From Picochlorum sp. SENEW3 (taxonomy: Eukaryota): a stretch of DNA of 64,000 nucleotides. Of this stretch, positions 55,660 through 64,000 are shown in pieces. The position numbers and the translations under genes were made by a program. Numbering within the stretch: the stretch's first letter is position 1; every line of letters starts with the position of its first letter. The stretch covers positions 310,001 through 374,000 of the forward strand of contig CP120459.1 of NCBI GenBank assembly GCA_034226945.1, in the 5' to 3' direction. Under the pieces are notes generated by a model. It saw nothing but the letters and a program-made list of their open reading frames with translations, did not search any database and was not told the origin of the DNA.

Positions 55660-56619
55660 ATGCCGCTGTTGAACAACAACATTTTTGCGGCACTGAAAAG
55701 GACGAAGAAGGAGCCAGCGAAGGAGGTGGCTGAGGAATCAGAAAATGGTAATGGTATTACTATTGAAGAGCAGAATGAAAAGCACGATGAGATCGAAAAG
55801 GCAATTTTCGATTCATCCGCCGGCTTTGGGGACTGGGCCGAAGAGGCCGAAGGAGACTGGGGAGCCACTCCCGCACCCGCTGATATAGAAAATGACGATG
55901 GATGGACGATGCAGACATCAAAAACGAGCACAAAGAGTAAAAAGAGAGGAGGAAATAGGAAGAATAGGAACAAGAAGAAGCCAGAGGCTCTGGTGAGTCA
56001 GCAGGAGGAGGAGAAGGCTGAGGATGTTGCTGTGCCACCTGATATGGAAGAAATCATGGCGGAGATAGATGTGGAAGCTGAGCTTGGCATTGAGTTAGCA
56101 AGGTCTGACGATGAGGAAGATAGCAGTGAGGAAGAAGAAGAAGAGGAGGAGGAGGAGACTGTTCCACCCCCTGCAACGGTGACACAGCAGCAGGAACCAA
56201 AGCAGCAAAACTTATCCAAGAAGGAGATGCAGGAACGTAAAAAGAAGGAGTTGGAGGATTTGGATGCCATGTTAGCAGAGCTGGGAGTTGATACTCAGCA
56301 GCAACAGCAGACGCAGAGCAGCACCACATCTGCAAAGGCAGCAAAGCGCAAGGCGAAGAAGGAACGCAAGGCTGCATCTCAGGCAGGCAGCAATTCCGAC
56401 AATGATCAGAATACAGAGCAGAATACTTCCGGAAACGCTCCTTCAGGTCCCGCAATCGATCCAGATGCCGTCAAAGCTGCCAAGGCAGCTGTGAAGAAGA
56501 AGGCAGGAGCTAAAAAACCAGCATCTGCAGCCCAAGCTGCTGCCAAGGCAGCAGCAGCAGCAGCTAAAAAGAAAAAGGGCAAGGATGCATCTAAATTTAA
56601 TGAATTCCCCACGAGATGA
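55660..56619 (+). CDS. Charged low-complexity protein of a plant-conserved type; function unknown
   Basis: DWAEE motif, LSKKE...KKKELEDLDAMLAELG, C-terminal KKKK...FNEFPTR. Confidence 0.7.
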   Translation: MPLLNNNIFAALKRTKKEPAKEVAEESENGNGITIEEQNEKHDEIEKAIFDSSAGFGDWAEEAEGDWGATPAPADIENDDGWTMQTSKTSTKSKKRGGNRKNRNKKKPEALVSQQEEEKAEDVAVPPDMEEIMAEIDVEAELGIELARSDDEEDSSEEEEEEEEEETVPPPATVTQQQEPKQQNLSKKEMQERKKKELEDLDAMLAELGVDTQQQQQTQSSTTSAKAAKRKAKKERKAASQAGSNSDNDQNTEQNTSGNAPSGPAIDPDAVKAAKAAVKKKAGAKKPASAAQAAAKAAAAAAKKKKGKDASKFNEFPTR

Positions 56620-56693
56620 GTCGATATAGTATCTATTATTTTCCTCTAATACCATTCCACCGCACATCCAAATAATAATAATACGTTTTACAC

Positions 56694-57098
56694 TCAGTTG
56701 TTATTTTTCAAGTAGTACAATACGACCGCAATCAACACAATGAGCAAAGGAAGCAATGCCCTGAAAAGCCCTCCTCCCTGTTCCGCGTCTGCATGGCTCT
56801 GTTTCTGAGATGCCTTTGCTGCACCAGTAGATGCGTGCGCATCACCACCTTCAAACTCACCAATGTAATAATCGTTCAACATTTCCTGCGCTGTCGTACT
56901 ATGCCCAATCTCCTCAAAGTCCTCAGTACCATCCTTTCCAGAGGCAGCCACCACAATATCATATCCACCAGGGTGTTCATCCAAGAATCGAGTCACATCA
57001 TAGACCTTGCCATGAATAATCAACCAGCAATCCTCCTCTGAGCGATGCTTTGAACACTCTTCCAAAGAGTACACCTTCTTCTTCTCTGTCTCTGCCAT
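56694..57098 (-). CDS. CYB5: Cytochrome b5, tail-anchored
   Basis: CWLIIHGKVYDVTRFLDEHPGG, FEEIGHS, C-terminal TM. Confidence 0.96.
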   Translation of the reverse strand: MAETEKKKVYSLEECSKHRSEEDCWLIIHGKVYDVTRFLDEHPGGYDIVVAASGKDGTEDFEEIGHSTTAQEMLNDYYIGEFEGGDAHASTGAAKASQKQSHADAEQGGGLFRALLPLLIVLIAVVLYYLKNNN

Positions 57099-57479
57099 GA
57101 TGGATTGAGTGAATCAATGATTCAATAAATGAATACAAGTATTAATAAATGAATGAAATCCAGATTCTGTCAATCCTCCACGTGACTGTCAGTGAGGTCA
57201 CGTCGATCTTTTCTGTCAGCGTTCCTGACTGTTTCTGAGAAGCAGAAGACGTATTCTTCGGCTTTTTGTGGAAATGATGAAAATATAAATTAGAATGTGT
57301 CAATGTAATTCGACCAAGAGCGTTCATTACAATACATCGGGATGGGGCGGGAACATGCTCTCCTTTGCTGATCAATGTCTATGGCCATTCATTGTGAAGG
57401 AGGAGCCATTCGAATGCTCATCCACATTCTTTTTCTTTCAATGCATCCCTATCTACAGACACATGCGCATAAGCATGCA

Positions 57480-58844
57480 CTACGCTTCTGTCTTGATACG
57501 TTTGTTGCTCAATGAAGCATTGTTCTCTTCCAACCCTTTGAGGTAGTCCACAAGCTTGGTCACCTTGTCCTTCAAGGCATAGTCCATGGCTGTGTTACCC
57601 TCTCCATCTCTCACATCAACACGCGCCTTGGCAGACTCGACCAAATACTTGACAACATCATATTTCCAATAGAAAGCAGCCTGTAACAATGCAGTGCGCC
57701 CATGGCTCTCTCTGGCTTCCACATCAGCATGGCATTCTTCCACCAAAAAGGCAACGATGTCACGTTTACCATGCCCAGCAGCCATCAGGAGTGCATTAAA
57801 TCCTTCACAATTCGTCGCATTCAAATCAGCTTTACCCTTCTTCACTAGTACTTTGACGACATCAAGATGATTGTATGCAATCGCGAGTGCAAGCACGGTG
57901 TTCCCATCGAATTTGACATTCACATTAATCTTGCCCAAGCTCACCAGGTACTCGACAATAGCAACATGACCATGCCTGCAGGCAATAGAGAGAGGACTGT
58001 CCGAATTGTATACGTCTCTACACCTCACACTAGCACCCGCTCTTTTCACCAAATACGTGACAATGTTGAGTCGTCCAAACCGGCATGCCAACATCAGTGG
58101 CGTCCAGTAATCACCATCCTTGACCTGTGCTACATTTATACCCTCCTTCACCCCTTCTCTGAAGATGGGAGCCACCAAATGCGCATGTCCAAATTCACAC
58201 GCGTAATGCAGCAAGCATCGATCGTCTTGGTCCTGATACGACATGGGAATACCCGTCTTGTTCATCATCCTTGCCAGAATAGGATACACTGCCCCAACCT
58301 GGCATGCATATATTTGAGTCAGCTCAGGACATGAGAACGCCTGCTCGAGATCTTCAGCGGTACATTTGCCTTTATTGAACACAGCCAAGGCCTGCGACCC
58401 ATTCTTTATCGTCTCGTACACATGAGAGGGGATGTATCTTAATGCACGGTACTCTGCCATCTTTTCAAACTCCTCCTTGCTCAACTCCTCATCATAATCG
58501 ATGCACATCTCATCCAACTCCATTTGCCAATCCTCAGTATCTAGATTGACATACATCTTTCTGTGATAGCGGAAATCCACAGCCTTGTCCTTCTGAAGAT
58601 GCACTCCACACCTCACAGCAAGGTACCGTCTGGCAATATGCTCCTTGAGTTCTTCCTGGGGCAGCATCCCAATAGCATATAAACTCAACAATGCTCTCAT
58701 ATGATATATATTGTATGGATTGTAATAACGTGAGACGATTTTCTGACGAATAGTGGGGTTTCCAAGCACCTGTGCTGCCAGACTGGTTGGGTTTGGAACT
58801 GCCTTTGTTGTTGTATCAGATTCATTCCCAATGATCTGAGCCAT
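57480..58844 (-). CDS. Ankyrin-repeat protein
   Basis: ~7 repeats (TPLMLACRFG, SPLSIACRHGH, GRTALLQAA, GNTAMDYA). Confidence 0.9.
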   Translation of the reverse strand: MAQIIGNESDTTTKAVPNPTSLAAQVLGNPTIRQKIVSRYYNPYNIYHMRALLSLYAIGMLPQEELKEHIARRYLAVRCGVHLQKDKAVDFRYHRKMYVNLDTEDWQMELDEMCIDYDEELSKEEFEKMAEYRALRYIPSHVYETIKNGSQALAVFNKGKCTAEDLEQAFSCPELTQIYACQVGAVYPILARMMNKTGIPMSYQDQDDRCLLHYACEFGHAHLVAPIFREGVKEGINVAQVKDGDYWTPLMLACRFGRLNIVTYLVKRAGASVRCRDVYNSDSPLSIACRHGHVAIVEYLVSLGKINVNVKFDGNTVLALAIAYNHLDVVKVLVKKGKADLNATNCEGFNALLMAAGHGKRDIVAFLVEECHADVEARESHGRTALLQAAFYWKYDVVKYLVESAKARVDVRDGEGNTAMDYALKDKVTKLVDYLKGLEENNASLSNKRIKTEA

Positions 58845-59406
58845 GGTTTTTAATTATATCTATTTCTTTTTTCCTTTGTATGTGTATTTGAGATGGTAAA
58901 GAAACTGATTCGCTGTCAGAATACAAGAACCGTTTTTGTAGTTGTTGCGCAGAATTTGAAATTTCAAATCTCTTCAAGGTGGAATATATTTTGAATCTGA
59001 ATGGTGCAATTAGTTCTGTTTTTAATTTAATTTAATTTCTAATAATAGCGAGGTTAATTCATGGCGATGGATATCTGCCATCCTCAACTTTACTTGTCAG
59101 GATCTTGGCCTGGCCAGGCCACCATCATGGTGGCTCACTCAGCCAGATACCAATCTCCACCATATGCATTTGATGATCGTTTCAAGAGCAGCAGTAGATG
59201 CAAACACCATCATCATGTAATCCTGGGAGGGACATGGCTTGGCATGCCAACCATTTGATATTAAAACTCAAGATTGTCTCTCACATGCTTGAATCAGATG
59301 TGATGTGATGGTTGATGGATGCATGTTGTTACAAATGTAATGCAGATGCAATCATAGTATATGTGTAAGAGATGACGAATGATAGGACTACATTCACACA
59401 AGTTGA

Positions 59407-62400
59407 TTAAACCCTTCTTCTGGCTTCCTTGGCAGCAGCAACCATGTTTTTCAAGGATGGAATCACCTCGCTCCATCTCCTTGTCTTGAGTCCACAGTCA
59501 GGATTAATATGAATGCGATGGACGTCGCCTTGGACGATGCCCGCCTGTATGAACGACTCAATCTTGGCCAACATTGTCTCAACTGGAGGAACAATGGGAG
59601 AGTGCACATCATAGACTCCTGGGCCTATATCTCTCCGGTATCCATACGATGCAAGATATTGCATCATTTCGTCAGAAGATCTTGAGTTCTCAATTGTGAG
59701 AACATCGGCTGCATAGCATAAAAGAATGTAAGAATATGAGAAGTGACAAAAAATACAACATTGACGAATTGCTCGTACCATGCAAAGCATCAATGGACTC
59801 CAAAATGTCCTCAAATTCAGAGTAACACAAATGAGTCACAATCTGAACCTCGGGTCTGGCAACGCTGGTTGCCAATCTGAAGGCTTTTGTTGCCCAATCC
59901 AAGTACGCCGCCCATCTCTCCTTCTTCAAAGGAAGGCCTTCCCTGAGAGCAGGCTCGTCAACTTGACAAATGATGCACCCGTTGTTCTGAAGATCGTCCA
60001 CTTCTTCTCTGATGGCAAAACCAATTTGACGAAGCTGTTCAGATCTCGATATATCTTTACGAGGGAAACTCCAATTCAAGATGGTTACTGGTCCAGTGAG
60101 CATACCTTTGACTGGCTTTTTTGTAAGTTTCTGAGCCAGCTGGAATTCATGGACAGTCATGGAGCTTTTTCTGGAGACGTCCTCGTGAATGATTGGAGGT
60201 CTTACGTACCTTGATCCATATGATTGGACCCATCTGCAATATATAGTTGTAAACAGTCATGACACCTTGCAAGTGTCGAGGGCAGGAATCCATGGTACCA
60301 CATACCCGTGATTTGTGAAGGCAAAGCCATCCAATTTGAGGCCAAAGTATTCAACCTATAGTTCAGATAATATAATCCATCGATACAATGTTCCATAACA
60401 TAAACACACGCTGACAAGAAATACATACCATATCAGACCTCTCCGCCTCTCCATGCACAAGTACATCCAAACCAAGTGCCTCTTGAATACCAATGCAGTA
60501 TCCAATCTCGGCAGCAATGGCCTCTCTGTACTCCGTGTCAGAGATTTGCCCCTTCTTATACTGCAGTCTCACTTTTCGAATGGTCGAAGTCTGAGGAAAA
60601 CTTCCGATTGTTGTCGTCGGGAAAGCTGGATACACATGTTGCTTTTTCCTTCTCTCCTCATAGCTCTCAGACCGTGTCACCAAGTGCTCTTCAAATACAG
60701 CCTCTTTCATGGTCCTTCTCCCCAGACAGGGTTCTGCGCAACTGTCAAATCCCTTCTTGAGGGCATTGGATAAAAAAGACAACTCCTCGAGCTTTTGAAC
60801 AGCGAACGACAGCTTTTCTCGAAGGGTTGGATCAAAATTGTCCTCAAGCATGACATCATATGGAACATGTTGCAATGAAGTTGATGTCTGCGGTCGAACA
60901 AACCCATGTGTTATGGTAGTATTGGTCTATGATAGATGGGTAAAATGCTGTTCGTCACGTACCTGAACACAAATAGATTGGCTGTTTCCAAGCAAGCGCT
61001 TCAAAGACAGCAACACATTCATTGCCTCATTGGTATCTTTCCAGACACTCCTTCCATCCACCACTCCAGCACCGAGTCTCTTTGACTGCAGTACATATTA
61101 TATATAATACAGAATTATATATGACAGTTCACACCTTGACTGTGATAAGCACGAGAGATTTTACAGACCTGTGGAAATCCATGTGTGGCAATGAGGGTGA
61201 ACATCTCATTGCCACTTGTAGCTCCAGGAACACCACAAAAATCAAACCCAATGGCATGCACCGGGAGATTGATGACACACTGATACATTGCCTCGGAGAC
61301 GTCATCATAAGGAATAACCAAATGAATCGGCACTTTGTCAGTTGCAAGCCAATGGTATGTATCAGCTGTCACTGCAATGGTGTCTTCAGAGTCAAAGATG
61401 GTGAGACAAGGTTCGTGAACCTGTGACACGCAGACAGAAGAAACCTCAATTTCTTGAAGACACACATTCAAAATAGTAGGATGAAGGGGTTATCGTAATT
61501 ATACACATTTTTTGATAGGTGTTGTGATGATCCCCAACAGGTATCGCACACAGACTTTTTTTTTTCTTCAACACATCAACAGGCTCATATAGGACAAGGT
61601 GTTCCAAGGATATTGATAATTGTTTCGCTGTGATTTTCTCTTGCTGCTGACATGTCAAAAAAGCTCGTATAACAGTACCCTCAAGGATTTGAACCTTGAT
61701 GATCTCCATTTCTGGAGTGCTTTACCAGTCAGCCAAGGGTTCTAGAGCAAACATGCCAACACGCGCTAAGAGTACGCACTCTGGTATGAGCAATCTCATG
61801 TACCAGATAAATCACAGCGAGAAAAATCACACCAAGGAATGACATCACAGATACATGAACACAACAATGGCATACCTGAACTTCCGGCACCCCAAGCTCA
61901 CCAAGCCTGCCCATAAGTTCCACATAATGCGGTATCAACGCCTTGAGTAAGTTCAAGTTCAGAGAATCAAATGACCCTCTGCAGAGATACGCGAGAGTCA
62001 GAGGGCCAAGTATGAGAGGCACAGCCTTGTCCACCCCAATCACCCTCTGCCCTTTCTTCACCTTTTCCAACAAAGGACCCCAATTGGCGTTGGGCATCAT
62101 GTCACCCTCGACATCAGGAGCAAGATGATGATAATTCGTATCGAAATACTTGCTCATGTCCAATGCTGGGCACTCTGGAGTACCTCGAGCACAAGCAAAG
62201 TACTGTTCCAGACCTTGCAAGTGGCTGAATCTGTCAGGGACCAGACCAAGGTACGTCACCGCAAAATCCAACACGTGATCATACAATGTCCCATCAAGGG
62301 CCACCAGATCCACTCCCATGTCCGCTTGTTCCTTCCAAGCGCGGGCGTCAACCTCCTCAGCCGCCAACAGCAAAGCCTCGCCACTCAGGCCACCACTCCA

Positions 62401-62499
62401 GTAGGACTCGAGGGCTTTCTTCATTTCTCGCTTGGATCCAATCCTTGGAAACCCAATCGTCGAAGAACAGTAAAGATGTGATGATGCGATCTGAGACAT
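59407..62499 (-). CDS. METE: Cobalamin-independent methionine synthase, 7 exons, reading frame intact
   Basis: [80 protein letters not shown]; six GT-AG introns checked for phase (intron 1 = 61875-61421). Confidence 0.96.
61674..61742 (-). ncRNA. tRNA-like cloverleaf lacking an anticodon, inside METE intron 1
   Basis: GAACCCT TG GCTG ACTGGTA AAGC A CTCCA GAAA TGGAG ATCAT CAAGG TTCAAAT CCTTG AGGGTAC T: 6/7 acceptor pairs, D-arm with GG, perfect T-arm/B-box, 4-nt loop where the anticodon should be. Confidence 0.75.
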
Positions 62500-63152
62500 T
62501 CTGTCGGTAGTAACGTGTTGTAGGTTTGTTTGATCAGATATCTTGTCTCCACAGAGGACTTGTGATCAATAGAGCAATGAAACGCAAATTTCACTTGAAG
62601 AACACTTGCAGTTTGTATGCGGGTCGTAGAAATTCAGATATTGAATTATAATGTACGCATCGTGAGGCAGATTCAGCCATTATCATCGTGATCTGATCCA
62701 GTTTGATGGCCTGCACATCGACCTCCCTGTAGTTTTATGTTTGATCGGACACCTTGCCATATCGTAGTTTGACACGTGTTCATCCCCTATCAAATGAAAT
62801 CTTGACGGGGTGCCCCCGATGGAAAAAGACCAACTACCTCTTCTCCCATCAAGAGATGGTGTTGAAGGATCAACTACATCATTAATGATGACAGAGCAGT
62901 ATTGTTCTGTTAAAGACATAGGAGCACCAAAATTGCCAATATACGGCTGATTCATTGGAATCTCAGAGGTTACTTTTAAACTATTGCTGTAAAAAGTGAT
63001 ATTTGGATTGGGTTTGAGTCATGAATCATGATAGATCGTACCGATCGCTGAGGTGGTTGTGAAGCACTGCGTCAGTGTCACTCGCCACCGGCACCAATGT
63101 CGGATGTGAGAGCCATCACGTAAATGAGGACTTTTACAATTATCAGGCGTGC

Positions 63153-64000
63153 ATGATGGCAACAGCGGACGGGGAGATGCAAGCTTACGTACAGGACACA
63201 AGTCCCAAGCTTGGCCTCTACAGAAAGCCTTCGGGGAAACAGACACAGTATGAGAATTTAGTGGTCAAAGTCATTAAACCTGGATCACTAGGTGGATACC
63301 AAAATCATAATCGGGAAACTAAGGGACAGTGGCGAGGAGTTGCACGGTCCCCGCGACTGAAAAATCTACTTTTTGACACAGCAACAATGCTTGGTCACAT
63401 CTCCTTTGAGGCCACCCAGGCTGCACATTACCATGTATATAGATGCTTAGAAAATGGTATCGATCTTGGACCGATGGATTTCAATGGCTTTTGGTATAAA
63501 ATATTTGATGCAATAAAAGACCTTAGGTATGGTGGGGGTCTAAGCCATATTGACACGCCCCTCTACGATTCACTCAGGGAGTATGAAGAGAACGCCCCAT
63601 TGAGAAGAGGTGATCACCATCTTGATGGCGATGAACCTTTTTTGGGGATGTGGGATTTACCAGGGCACATGTATTGGAGACATGCTTGCCTCAAAGCTGC
63701 TGCAAAAACAAAGGAACAGAATTTGGGCATTATTCTTCAAACAAATGCATATCATAATTTGGGAAAGGTGATCAAGGTGCGTATTGCTGAATACTTTGGG
63801 GATAAATATGCTGATAATTTTCGTTCGCTCGTATCAGCTATTGCCAAATGCATCTGGGACGCTCAGCCTTTGGAGAAGGTCAAAGAGGGGTACAAGCGGC
63901 TGAGTGATCTCACGCAAGAGGAGATTAGAGAGATCGCTTGTCATGTCATAGATCCTATTCGGGAGAAATTTCCAGATGAGACAGGTCGAAAGGATAATTC
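63153..64000 (+). CDS. Partial ORF (282 codons, open at window end) resembling Fanzor1 N-terminal WED/REC region
   Basis: Manual translation without stops: ...LVVKVIK...RLKNLLFDTATMLGHISFEATQAAHYHVYRCLENGIDLGPMDFNGFWYKIFDAI...AAAKTKEQNLGIILQTNAYHNLGKVIKVRI; RuvC not within window. Confidence 0.55.
   Translation, partial: MMATADGEMQAYVQDTSPKLGLYRKPSGKQTQYENLVVKVIKPGSLGGYQNHNRETKGQWRGVARSPRLKNLLFDTATMLGHISFEATQAAHYHVYRCLENGIDLGPMDFNGFWYKIFDAIKDLRYGGGLSHIDTPLYDSLREYEENAPLRRGDHHLDGDEPFLGMWDLPGHMYWRHACLKAAAKTKEQNLGIILQTNAYHNLGKVIKVRIAEYFGDKYADNFRSLVSAIAKCIWDAQPLEKVKEGYKRLSDLTQEEIREIACHVIDPIREKFPDETGRKDN

Noticed and set aside
61674..61742. Functional tRNA gene (e.g. tRNA-Phe from GAA)
   Set aside because: Anticodon loop is only 4 nt with no U33 and the acceptor stem has a mismatch; retained as tRNA-like only.
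61421..61875. Canonical cobalamin, SAM or TPP riboswitch in METE intron
   Set aside because: Could not find the B12-box, SAM-I or TPP consensus motifs by eye; an Rfam scan would be decisive.
59407..62499. METE pseudogene (fragmented in ORF track)
   Set aside because: Fragments join in frame through canonical GT-AG introns.
62683..62955. 90-aa minus-strand ORF upstream of METE
   Set aside because: No recognisable domain or transposase motif.

Overview
Gene-dense eukaryotic nuclear DNA with short GT-AG introns, TGTAA polyadenylation-type signals and many plastid-targeted proteins (PDS, NAR1, isoamylase, RbcX, PPT, Obg, Era). This points to a compact chlorophyte green alga (Picochlorum-like trebouxiophyte; inference). 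About 38 protein genes, mostly housekeeping, often in tightly abutting convergent pairs. Main points of interest: (1) an anticodon-less tRNA-like cloverleaf inside a larger multi-stem RNA structure in the long first intron of cobalamin-independent methionine synthase (METE); (2) an unterminated ORF at the right edge, absent from the ORF track, resembling the N-terminal half of a Fanzor1 RNA-guided nuclease; (3) an 806-aa His/Cys/Met-rich 28-repeat protein behind a heat-shock-element array and TATA box; (4) a fusion of FG repeats, a Nup98-type GLEBS motif, ankyrin repeats, a TKL kinase and a RING finger; (5) near-abutting Obg-Era GTPase genes, a GPI-anchored Cache-like protein, an FABP-like protein and a TraB protein with a POTRA-like insert. 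All calls come from reading the sequence by eye; no searches were run.
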